Positions 44,109 through 52,984 of a stretch of DNA of 64,000 nt are shown in pieces. This DNA is from Candidatus Defluviilinea gracilis. Lineage in GTDB: Bacteria; Chloroflexota; Anaerolineae; Anaerolineales; Villigracilaceae. A program made the position numbers and the translations under genes. The DNA is taken from assembly GCA_016716235.1 (NCBI GenBank), contig JADJWS010000002.1, positions 74,904 to 138,903 on the forward strand, read 5' to 3'. Each line of letters begins with the position of its first letter. Positions within the stretch are counted from its first letter, which is position 1. Under the pieces are notes generated by a model, which worked only from the letters and a program-made list of their open reading frames with translations, was not told where the DNA came from and ran no database searches.

Positions 44109-45239
44109 ATGCTCACCATCGAACAAGTGGATACAAACAACAAACGGCAAGTAAAACGTTTCGTGGAGTTTTATTACGACCTCTACCGCGATTGCAAACA
44201 ATGGGTGCCGCCTCTTTTTCTCGACGCCTACCTGCCTCTCAATCGCAAGAAACATCCCTTCTTCAGCCACTCCGAAGCGGATTTCTTCCTCGCCGTTCGC
44301 GACGGCGAAGTGGTGGGACGAATCTGCGCCGCGAATAACAAGCCCTTCAACGACTATCACAAGACGAAGAAAGCGCACTTCTACGCCTTCGATTCCATTG
44401 ACGACCTTGAGGTTGCCCGCGCCCTCTTCGACTCGGTCCGCGCCTGGGCAAAAGAGCGCGGACTCGACACGCTGATCGGTCCAAAGGGACTCTCTCCGTT
44501 CGACGGCTATGGGATTCAGATCGAAGGCTTCGAGCATCGCCAGATGATGACGATGATGAATTACAACTACGATTACTATCCCAAACTGATGGAATCTCTC
44601 GGCTTCGAAAAAGAAGTGGATTTTGTTTCGTGCTACCTGCCCGCTCACCAGTTCAAAATTCCCGAACGAGTCGAAAGCATCGCCAAACGCGTGATCGAAC
44701 GCGGCGCGTTGACAGTTAAAAAGTTCAAGAGCAAGCGCGAGTTGATCAAATGGGCGCCGCGCATCGGCGAAGCATATAACAAGGCGTTCATCCACAACTG
44801 GGAGTATTATCCGTTCTCGCCCGGCGACATCCAATACGCGGTGGATAACATTTTCCTCGTCGCTGATCCGCGCCTCATCAAAGTTATTTTGGATGGCGAA
44901 AAGATCGTCGGCTTCCTCTTCGCCTTCCCCGATGTCTCCGCCGCGTTTCAACGCGCGAAGGGAAAACTCTTCCCGTTCGGCATCTTCGACCTTCTGCTCG
45001 AAATGAAACGCACGAAAACGGTCTCAGGCAACGGCATGGGCATCCTGCCGGAATATCAGGGACGAGGCGGAAATGCTTTGCTGTATTACGAAATGGGGAA
45101 AACAGTCTTGGGCTTCAACCAGTTCGAAAACGTCGAAATGACTCAGGTGGCTGAAACCACCGAACAAATGCGCGCCGATTTGAAGAACTTGAATGGGGTG
45201 GAGTACAAAAATCACCGGGTCTATCGCAAGGCGATTTGA
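44109..45239 (+). CDS. Two-domain GNAT-like N-acetyltransferase family protein
   Basis: 376 aa with a GNAT-like core (ILPEYQGRGGNALLYYE). Confidence 0.55.
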   Translation: MLTIEQVDTNNKRQVKRFVEFYYDLYRDCKQWVPPLFLDAYLPLNRKKHPFFSHSEADFFLAVRDGEVVGRICAANNKPFNDYHKTKKAHFYAFDSIDDLEVARALFDSVRAWAKERGLDTLIGPKGLSPFDGYGIQIEGFEHRQMMTMMNYNYDYYPKLMESLGFEKEVDFVSCYLPAHQFKIPERVESIAKRVIERGALTVKKFKSKRELIKWAPRIGEAYNKAFIHNWEYYPFSPGDIQYAVDNIFLVADPRLIKVILDGEKIVGFLFAFPDVSAAFQRAKGKLFPFGIFDLLLEMKRTKTVSGNGMGILPEYQGRGGNALLYYEMGKTVLGFNQFENVEMTQVAETTEQMRADLKNLNGVEYKNHRVYRKAI

Positions 45240-45240
45240 G

Positions 45241-47514
45241 TTACCCCAGTTGCAATTTCACTTCATTCCCCATCACAACTGTTTTTTCGCCGCTATCGAA
45301 AACGCCTAGAGGCAGGATCACGTGGAATTGACTGCCGGGGAAATTTTCCTCATCGTAGCCTTTGCTCTCCACCCAGATGCGCCCGCCATGCGCCTCGACA
45401 ATGCCTTTGGATAATGCCAATCCCAGCCCGGCGCCGCTCCCTTTGAAGCGCGACTTGCTCGTGGAATGTTTGAGCAGTTCGCCGGGTTGATAAAACTTGC
45501 TGAAAATGATCTCGCGCGAATCGGGATCTACGCCCACGCCGGTGTCGCTGACCACGATCTCGAGTCCGCCGTTGGGCATGTCTGCCGTACTGGGGGAGAT
45601 TTGCCGCGCCTCGATGTTGATCTTCCCTTGATCTGGCGTGAATTTGATGGCATTAGTCAGCAGGTGCTGAAAAAGCTTGAGCAGAAGGTTTGGGTCTGCC
45701 TTGACCATGGGCAGGTTGGGAATGTCCAGTGTCAGTGTTTGTTCGCGTTCCTTGAGCGATTTTTCGGAGCCGTTCACCACGTTGCGGATCAAATCGCCGG
45801 TATCCACCGAAGTGAGGTGGAGTTGCAGAGTGCGCGAGTCGATTTGCGCGATATCGAACATCGAGTCCATGATCTCGTGCAGGCGTTTCGTGCCTTTGGA
45901 AATATTTTTCAACATGGAATGGCTGGGCAAAGGCAGGGAGGTATCTTCGAGCAGCATTTCGGTGTAGCCGATGATCGTTGTCAGCGGGGTGCGGAGTTCG
46001 TGCGAGGCGATGCTGATGAAATCGGATTTGGTCTGGTCGAGGCGCTCGAGGTCGCGGTTGGCTTTATCGAGGTTGCGATATGCCTGCCGCAGTTCGGTGT
46101 TGACCACCACCAGGTTATCGACGAGACGGGCGTTTTCGAGCGCCACCGCCGTCTGGTTCGATAACGCCGAAAGGGTGACGAGGTCTTCTTCCGTATAGCG
46201 CGTGCCGCTGATCTTTGCGCCGAGGGCAAACAGCCCGATCCACTCGCGCTTGGAAAAGATCGGGAGATACACCTCCGCTTCGAGATGATTGAACCATTCC
46301 CGCTCGGGCTGAGAAACCGACCGAAAAGCCGGGAGCAGGTCCAAGTCGTATTGAAGAAGCGGGCGGCCCTCCACCACGAGGTATTTCGTCACCGGGTGTT
46401 CGCTTCCCAGTGTGGTGATCCGAATCTGCCGCTCGCCCTTGTTGCGGACGGCTCGCAGGCGGTAATTCTTCTCGCCGTTCGGCGTGATATCGGGATCTAC
46501 AAGAAAGAGGAAGCCGCGCGAAATGTCCATCGCCTCGATGATGAGCCCCACGGCGACATTGGCGAGCCTCTGCATATCGAGGATGTTGCTGATCTGTTCG
46601 CTGTAGGCGTGGAGCGTGCGGCTGGCGTCGTATTCCTGCAAGTTGAACCAGTTGTTGACGAGCCGCCGCACGCTGGTCAGCAACGGGGTGAAGATCAACG
46701 CCAACACAAGCGCGATCCCCGCGCCGACGACGAGCGGGTTGTAATTCGGCAGAGCATTGAACACCGATTGCGAGGCAGTCGCGCCAGCGACATAAAAGAT
46801 CAGGATCACCAACGTGGTGATAACGTACGTAAGCACCCGCCGCGCAACATTCCGCAAGTCTGGCGGATCGTGGGTAACAATGATGAGCGCGCCGAGCATA
46901 GCCGCGCACAAACGCGCCGGGTTGCCGGGTATGGGCATCCCGAAAAACAGCAAACCATCGTTGAGCGCAATCAGCAGAAACGCCGGCGTCCAGTAATTCA
47001 GGCGGTTGCGGAGCAGGGGCTGGCGCGAGCGGTCATGCGCAATACGCACAACCACAAAAGCCCCAGCAGTAAATACCAACCAGCCATACCCTGCCCAGAT
47101 CGACGCGAGCCGGTCGAAGGTGACAACGAGCGCGCCGTTCGTCCAAACCACTTCGCCGAAACGGAACAGGTTGAAGAGGATGGCAAAAAAGCCAAGCAGC
47201 CAGACGCCTCCCACGATCAGCCAGTTGCGAGAATTCCGTCGCACAAAATACAGGATGGCGATCAGGGCAATGAAGGAAAGGATGAATGCGCCGAACGCCT
47301 GCAGGTCGATTGCGCTCCGTTCGCCGAGCGCCAATTGCCCCCCGCGTATCAGTCCCTCTACAACGGTCAGGAGCAGGTTGATGATAACGTATACCGAAAA
47401 GAATACGGCGGCGGTCTCTTGCCCGGCGCGCTTGCGTAACAACAACGAAAGCACAGGCAGGTGCAATGCCGCTGCGATCATCAATAAGACCATCTCGAAA
47501 ATTTGGGGTGACAT
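45241..47514 (-). CDS. Membrane sensor histidine kinase (multi-TM N-terminus, GAF-like, HisKA, HATPase)
   Basis: About 8 N-terminal TM helices, H-box SIASHELRTPL, G-boxes DTGVGV and GSGAGLGLA. Confidence 0.85.
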   Translation of the reverse strand: MSPQIFEMVLLMIAAALHLPVLSLLLRKRAGQETAAVFFSVYVIINLLLTVVEGLIRGGQLALGERSAIDLQAFGAFILSFIALIAILYFVRRNSRNWLIVGGVWLLGFFAILFNLFRFGEVVWTNGALVVTFDRLASIWAGYGWLVFTAGAFVVVRIAHDRSRQPLLRNRLNYWTPAFLLIALNDGLLFFGMPIPGNPARLCAAMLGALIIVTHDPPDLRNVARRVLTYVITTLVILIFYVAGATASQSVFNALPNYNPLVVGAGIALVLALIFTPLLTSVRRLVNNWFNLQEYDASRTLHAYSEQISNILDMQRLANVAVGLIIEAMDISRGFLFLVDPDITPNGEKNYRLRAVRNKGERQIRITTLGSEHPVTKYLVVEGRPLLQYDLDLLPAFRSVSQPEREWFNHLEAEVYLPIFSKREWIGLFALGAKISGTRYTEEDLVTLSALSNQTAVALENARLVDNLVVVNTELRQAYRNLDKANRDLERLDQTKSDFISIASHELRTPLTTIIGYTEMLLEDTSLPLPSHSMLKNISKGTKRLHEIMDSMFDIAQIDSRTLQLHLTSVDTGDLIRNVVNGSEKSLKEREQTLTLDIPNLPMVKADPNLLLKLFQHLLTNAIKFTPDQGKINIEARQISPSTADMPNGGLEIVVSDTGVGVDPDSREIIFSKFYQPGELLKHSTSKSRFKGSGAGLGLALSKGIVEAHGGRIWVESKGYDEENFPGSQFHVILPLGVFDSGEKTVVMGNEVKLQLG

Positions 47515-47561
47515 TGAGCAAAAGTATACTCGAAATCATTTTTCGAGGTTATCATTGCCCC

Positions 47562-50423
47562 ATGCGCCTAACAAAACTGTCGCGTGATCATTATCATTTT
47601 TCATCGGATTTCTTCCGCGACGACGGCCGCGTCCACTTTGGGGATTTCTCCTCCGCGCGGAAGTTTGCGGCGCAGGCAACAGCGCTTCGTTCGGACCCTC
47701 TGCCTGCTTCAGACCTTTATGCTTTATCCCTCATTGACGAGGCTTTGCGCGCCCTCGTGAAGCGGTTCGCCCCTCCGCCGGTGATGAACACAGCGGTCAA
47801 CTCTGCGAGCGAGCAAGTCGGTGAGGATTCAATTGACCGCACGCAAAAAAAATTCGTCGCAGAGTTTCCGCCTGAAAGCGTGTATCTCGGCGAGCAACAA
47901 GTTGATGACTATCTCGCCAAACTCACGAACGGACGAGTCAAGTCGGTCGAAGAGTTGATCTACGTCTTCACGCACAACGCCAACCCGGCAGTGAGTCCCA
48001 TGCTCGAACTCGTGGACGATGCTCCGCTTGAACCGACCGCTTACAAGAATCTGATCGCCGCGCTCGATTCGTTCTTTGCCCAAATTGTAAAAGATAACGC
48101 GAATATTCCAGGCTCGACCGAATCGTTGTTTGAAATCCTGCGCGCGCCTGCCGAAGCCTTCCCTGATTCGCTTGAAGGGCAGTTGCAGTTCATCCTCGAA
48201 AAGTGGGGCGGACTACTCGGCGACGAGTTTGTCTCTCGTCTCTTGCGCGGCATGGACTTTTTACGCGAAGAGACTCTCCGTCATCACCTCGCTCACGGCG
48301 ATTTCAAAGCGGATATCCCCGTCGCAACCTATTCGGGCGGCGACTATGCCGAATACGAAAGATACAGTCCCGACAAAGACTGGATGCCGCGATTAATCCT
48401 CATCGCGAAAAATTCCTATGTGTGGCTCGAACAACTCTCGCGCAAGTATGGTCGCTGGATAAAAACTCTCGACCAAATCCCCGATGAAGAACTCGACATT
48501 CTCCGTGATCGCGGCTTCACGGGTTTGTGGCTCATCGGTCTGTGGGCACGGAGCCGCGCCAGTCAACGAATCAAACAACGCATGGGCGATGCGGACGCAG
48601 TCGCTTCGGCGTATTCACTTTATTCGTATGATATTGCCGAAGACCTCGGAGGCTGGGGAGCATTGGAGAATTTGCGAACTCGCGCGTGGCAGAGAGGTAT
48701 TCGCCTGTCCGCCGATATGGTCCCCAATCACATGGGCATCGACTCGAAGTGGGTGAGCGAGCATCCCGATTGGTTCCTGTCGCTTCCGTATTCGCCATAT
48801 CCTTCGTATTCGTTCAAATCCGAAAATTTGTCCGACGATATTCGCGTGGGAATTTATCTCGAAGATCATTACTACAACAAGACCGATGCGGCGGTCGTCT
48901 TTCAACGCCGCGACCATTTTACGGGCGACGTGCGTTACATCTATCACGGCAACGACGGCACGTCCTTTCCGTGGAACGACACAGCGCAACTCGATTACAC
49001 CAAAGCCGAAGTGCGCGAGGCGATCATCCAAACCATTTTGCATGTGGCGCGCAATTTTCCCGTCATCCGTTTCGACGCGGCGATGACGTTGGCGAAGAAA
49101 CACATTCAACGATTATGGTTCCCCGAACCCGGCTCAGGCGGCGCGATCCCCTCACGGGCAGAGCGAGGCATGACGAGGTCCGAATTTGACGCGTTGATCC
49201 CGCAGGAGTTTTGGCGCGAGGTCGTGGACCGTGTCGCGGCGGAAGTCCCAGACACGCTACTCCTCGCCGAAGCGTTTTGGCTGCTCGAGGGATATTTCGT
49301 CCGCACGCTGGGGATGCACCGCGTGTACAACTCCGCGTTCATGCACATGCTGCGCGACGAAGACAACGCCAAATATCGCGCCGCGATCAAGAACACGCTG
49401 GAGTTCGACCCGCAAATTCTCAAGCGGTACGTCAACTTCATGAACAACCCCGATGAAAAAACCGCCATCGAACAATTCGGCGACGGCGATAAATATTTTG
49501 GGATCGCAACTGTGCTGTCCACGTTGCCTGGCTTGCCGATGTTCGGGCACGGACAGGTTGAAGGCTTCCGCGAAAAATATGGGATGGAGTTTCGCAAACC
49601 GAAATGGGATGAGACACCGAATGACGCGCTCATCGCTGGTCACGATTGGAAGATCTTCCCGCTTCTTCACCGCCGCTATCTGTTCGCCGACGTGGAAAAT
49701 TTCTTCCTCTTCGACCTCTTCACCGCCAGCGGTCACGTGGACGAAAATGTTTTTGCCTACTCAAACATATTTCAAGATGAACGCGGACTCGTCCTCTATC
49801 ACAACCGCTTCGCCGACACCAAAGGCTGGATCAAAACCTGCGCCGCCTATCTCGATAAGTCTACTGGCGACTTGCGCCAAAAATCTTTAGCCGAAGCGCT
49901 GGGACTTCCATTCGAAGGCTACGTTATTTTCAAAGATTACGTTACACACTTGGAATACATCCGCTCATGTGAAGAACTTTGGAGCAAGGGACTGTACGTT
50001 GAACTGCACGCGTACCAGCATCACGTGTTTATGGATTTTCAGTTCGTGGAAAGTGGCGAGTGGAAAGTGATTTGCGACGCGTTGAATGGCGCGGGCGTGG
50101 AGTCTATGTCCGCGAAGTGGGAGGAGATGTTTGGCGTGAAGGATGAAGGTGGAAGGATGAAGGATGAAGAAAGAGGAAAGAAGAAAGAATCCGCGAAGGT
50201 GAAGAAACCGAGGAAGAAAGTAGAGAATGGAAAGAAGGCGAAAGCTAGTAAGACTAAATCCGCCGCGAAAAAGTTAGTGAAGAAAAAGGCGGTTGTCAAG
50301 AAGAAGCTTGTGGCGAAGAAGGCTATGGCGAAGAAATCTTCTGCGAAGGCGAGTAAGTCAACGCCGAAATCAGTGAAACAGGTTCTGAAGAAAGCAGTGA
50401 AGAAAAAATCAAAGAGTAAATAA
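47562..50423 (+). CDS. Alpha-amylase-family (GH13-like) glycoside hydrolase with a Lys/Ala-rich histone H1-like C-terminal tail
   Basis: GH13-like regions VPNHMG, IRFDAAM, LLAEAFW and FMNNPDE. The last ~95 aa are KKxAxK-rich. ATG 47562 was chosen; the track ORF starts at 47466, inside the neighbouring gene. Confidence 0.7.
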   Translation: MRLTKLSRDHYHFSSDFFRDDGRVHFGDFSSARKFAAQATALRSDPLPASDLYALSLIDEALRALVKRFAPPPVMNTAVNSASEQVGEDSIDRTQKKFVAEFPPESVYLGEQQVDDYLAKLTNGRVKSVEELIYVFTHNANPAVSPMLELVDDAPLEPTAYKNLIAALDSFFAQIVKDNANIPGSTESLFEILRAPAEAFPDSLEGQLQFILEKWGGLLGDEFVSRLLRGMDFLREETLRHHLAHGDFKADIPVATYSGGDYAEYERYSPDKDWMPRLILIAKNSYVWLEQLSRKYGRWIKTLDQIPDEELDILRDRGFTGLWLIGLWARSRASQRIKQRMGDADAVASAYSLYSYDIAEDLGGWGALENLRTRAWQRGIRLSADMVPNHMGIDSKWVSEHPDWFLSLPYSPYPSYSFKSENLSDDIRVGIYLEDHYYNKTDAAVVFQRRDHFTGDVRYIYHGNDGTSFPWNDTAQLDYTKAEVREAIIQTILHVARNFPVIRFDAAMTLAKKHIQRLWFPEPGSGGAIPSRAERGMTRSEFDALIPQEFWREVVDRVAAEVPDTLLLAEAFWLLEGYFVRTLGMHRVYNSAFMHMLRDEDNAKYRAAIKNTLEFDPQILKRYVNFMNNPDEKTAIEQFGDGDKYFGIATVLSTLPGLPMFGHGQVEGFREKYGMEFRKPKWDETPNDALIAGHDWKIFPLLHRRYLFADVENFFLFDLFTASGHVDENVFAYSNIFQDERGLVLYHNRFADTKGWIKTCAAYLDKSTGDLRQKSLAEALGLPFEGYVIFKDYVTHLEYIRSCEELWSKGLYVELHAYQHHVFMDFQFVESGEWKVICDALNGAGVESMSAKWEEMFGVKDEGGRMKDEERGKKKESAKVKKPRKKVENGKKAKASKTKSAAKKLVKKKAVVKKKLVAKKAMAKKSSAKASKSTPKSVKQVLKKAVKKKSKSK

Positions 50424-50432
50424 CTCTGCGTG

Positions 50433-50780
50433 TTACAGCGGCAGAAATACAACTTGATTTTTCAAATCTTCCGTTTCCCCACTTTTGGCGATAATTTCAA
50501 GGTCATGGATACAAAGTCCTATCGTCACCCTCAATTGATGCCCATAAATCACGCCTGAAAATTCAATCCCCTCCCGTTGACATTTCGCCGCCTCTGTTAG
50601 CAAGTCGTCGTCTTGTGTGAATAAGACCCGCCCCAATTCGTTTACTCGTTTCAGTAATTCATCATCGTCGAGTTGGTCGGCGCCATCCTCATGCGCCGTA
50701 ACCACATCTACGCCCCGCAAACGCAAACCAACCGTGATCGCTATTGGAACATGGTGATCCATGTATAGCGACACAGTCAT
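50433..50780 (-). CDS. DUF5615 (PIN-like) putative toxin
   Basis: MDHHVPIAITVGLRLRGVDVV... is typical of DUF5615. 1-nt overlap with the upstream DUF433 gene. Confidence 0.65.
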   Translation of the reverse strand: MTVSLYMDHHVPIAITVGLRLRGVDVVTAHEDGADQLDDDELLKRVNELGRVLFTQDDDLLTEAAKCQREGIEFSGVIYGHQLRVTIGLCIHDLEIIAKSGETEDLKNQVVFLPL

Positions 50781-51091
50781 TAGATCAGCCCTTTGTCCTT
50801 CAGTCGTTTAATTAATGGCGAGGCGGGAGTTGATTTCTGAACTTTGTCAACTTTTTCGATTCGCTTTTCAATGTCGCCATCCAATTCGTCGCGATGATCC
50901 CAATAATACGCGAGCGCGGAATAGATCTGCCCCAGCGTCAATTGCGGGAACTGGATGTGCAATTCCTCCGCGCTCCAGCCATATGCTGCCTGCGCAAGGA
51001 CGAGTTCCACCACCTTCATTGTTGTCCCTGAAATGAGAGGCACACGTGAGTCGCTCAAAACTACATGCTCGTAACGGGTTTCTGCTAACAT
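50780..51091 (-). CDS. DUF433 putative antitoxin
   Basis: DUF433 pattern (PLISGTTMKVVELVLAQAAYGWSAEELHIQFPQLTLGQIYSALAYY). ATG 51091 has an AGGAG SD. Confidence 0.65.
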   Translation of the reverse strand: MLAETRYEHVVLSDSRVPLISGTTMKVVELVLAQAAYGWSAEELHIQFPQLTLGQIYSALAYYWDHRDELDGDIEKRIEKVDKVQKSTPASPLIKRLKDKGLI

Positions 51092-51159
51092 GGCTAACTC
51101 CTGCCCCAATCATACACGATTTTTAGTGAACAGCTCTCTTCCTTTGATCCGTACGCATG

Positions 51160-51229
51160 CGGTCAATTGCGCCAGACCGGGGTCGGTGTATTCCGTGTTG
51201 CCGATGATGAGTGCGAATTTTCCGCTCAA
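51160..51229 (-). pseudogene. 5' remnant (about 24 codons) of a third caspase paralogue
   Basis: The reverse complement reads TTG-SGKFALIIGNTEYTDPGLAQLTA, nearly identical in DNA to the start of the caspase gene at 52960, then diverges. It lies 24 nt after the upstream stop, the same spacing as between the two intact caspase genes. Confidence 0.7.
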
Positions 51230-51253
51230 TTTATCCTTTTGATGCTACACGGA

Positions 51254-52960
51254 TCATTTCAGGTTTCTAAAAGTAATTTCCTTGTAATTATCAAGGGTGA
51301 TGATACCTTGATTTGCCTGCACATAAAAAATCCAGTCCGACTCAATCCATGTCGAGTCTTTTTCCTCTCGAAGAAATAGAATATCCGATGGGTTAGCTGG
51401 ATCCCAAACAGCCACAACAAACTGCGCATCTGTTATAATTGCCATTAATAGCGAATACCCCGTATCTGCATTGAGCGAAATATTCCCTGACAGAGGGGTA
51501 CTTTGAATGAGTTGATCCCCATCATACTCGTTTGTCAGAATAGAGTTGTCGCCGATGAAAATGCCAAACCGTCTGTACGATTCGTTGCCAAAATCGCCCT
51601 GCTCGAAAAACGCTTCAAAAAGCGCATCGTTTGTATATTTGAAATCAACGATAATTCCCTCGCCGTCCTTAAAGTTCTTTTTCCGAGAAACCCCGTCCCA
51701 GTTTTCAGTGCCGATGATTTCCAATACACCGTTGTTAATTGCTCCACCGGAAAAAGTTGAACCCGTTACAAGAGGATTATCAAAACCATCAAAATATGAA
51801 ACTTCTGAATTAATCAAGGATTCCAAGAGGTGGGGGTATGCTGGAAAATTTTGGATGATAGGACTTACGACCGCGGTAGGTGTTTGAAAATTTCCTTCGC
51901 TAGGAATGGGTGTGACGGAAACCGAGTCTGTGCTCGTTTGGGGTGGGGATGCAAATAATGAGAATATTCTATTACTGACCCAAAGCGCGCTGATTGCGAA
52001 ACCGCAAAGTATTAGGAAAATTCCTGTTGGTATTACCCATGACTTGCTTGATGTTGATTTTTTGGATGATAAGCGGAGAGATTCAGATTCGCTAATTCTT
52101 GATTCAAGTTCCTCTTTCTCCTGTAACAATTTTTCCTGCCTGCTCTGTATCATTTTCAATCGTTCATGATGCAGGACTCGAAGTTCTTCGGTCCGTGTCT
52201 TTTTGTCGCCAACGGGAACATATTGCCGAAGAATGATTTCACCTTGTTCCTTGTATGACCATTTTCCCGGTGTCTGTTTTGTGGTTATGTTGAGAACTTG
52301 CTCATAAGCAAAATCGTACAATTCGTCAACAGTGATGTTCCCGTCGCGGTTTCTGTCGGCTTCGCCTTCAAGCCCCCGGATAAGAAAATGGGTGAACAGC
52401 GAATTTTCCGTTTCGCCGATGGCCTTGTCTCCTTCCCATGCGAACTGGGTGGAGTCGCTAGCTGTCAAAACTACACGACCATACCCATTCCCTTCAAAAG
52501 CGGATGATGTCCCAATACTTGCGCCGGTAGCTGCTTTTGTCCCTTGTTGGAACGCGCCGCTATTGCAGCAGTCAAGGATGAGTACTTGCCGTTTGGAACG
52601 ACTTTGGTCCATGGACTCTCGTACATAGTCTGATTTAATCGCCGTAGATCTCAAACGAGAACGATTTGTATTTTTTACCGCAAGATACAACGAACCATAC
52701 TCGTCTCGTACGCCATGACCTGAAAAATATAGCACAAGCAAATCATCTGGTCTTTTAAGATAATAGAGACTGTCAATCGCTTCACGGATTGCAGACTCTG
52801 TTTGATTGAATAAAACATTGACTTCATCGAATTTACAAAGACTTTTGTCCTTCAACACGCGCGCAAAATCCTCCGTGTCCTTGCCCGGCGCGGTCAGTTG
52901 CGCCAGACCGGGGTCGGTATATTCCGTGTTGCCGATGATGAGGGCGAATTTTCCGCTCAT
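51254..52960 (-). CDS. Caspase-fold (peptidase C14) protease - EF-hand - coiled coil - single TM - extracytoplasmic beta-rich domain
   Basis: His in YFSGHG, Cys in LDCCNSG, canonical EF loop DRNRDGNITVDE, TM WVIPTGIFLILCGFAISALWV. The C-terminal ~230 aa has no recognised family. The 3' half is ~37% GC. Confidence 0.8.
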   Translation of the reverse strand: MSGKFALIIGNTEYTDPGLAQLTAPGKDTEDFARVLKDKSLCKFDEVNVLFNQTESAIREAIDSLYYLKRPDDLLVLYFSGHGVRDEYGSLYLAVKNTNRSRLRSTAIKSDYVRESMDQSRSKRQVLILDCCNSGAFQQGTKAATGASIGTSSAFEGNGYGRVVLTASDSTQFAWEGDKAIGETENSLFTHFLIRGLEGEADRNRDGNITVDELYDFAYEQVLNITTKQTPGKWSYKEQGEIILRQYVPVGDKKTRTEELRVLHHERLKMIQSRQEKLLQEKEELESRISESESLRLSSKKSTSSKSWVIPTGIFLILCGFAISALWVSNRIFSLFASPPQTSTDSVSVTPIPSEGNFQTPTAVVSPIIQNFPAYPHLLESLINSEVSYFDGFDNPLVTGSTFSGGAINNGVLEIIGTENWDGVSRKKNFKDGEGIIVDFKYTNDALFEAFFEQGDFGNESYRRFGIFIGDNSILTNEYDGDQLIQSTPLSGNISLNADTGYSLLMAIITDAQFVVAVWDPANPSDILFLREEKDSTWIESDWIFYVQANQGIITLDNYKEITFRNLK

Positions 52961-52984
52961 GGGTTCCTCAGGGCAAATATTTCA

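Noticed and set aside
50039-50452. 137-aa Phe-rich minus-strand ORF
   Set aside because: It is the mirror image of the Lys-rich (AAG/GAA) tail of the amylase-family gene, and it overlaps the DUF5615 gene stop region. It is a compositional artefact.
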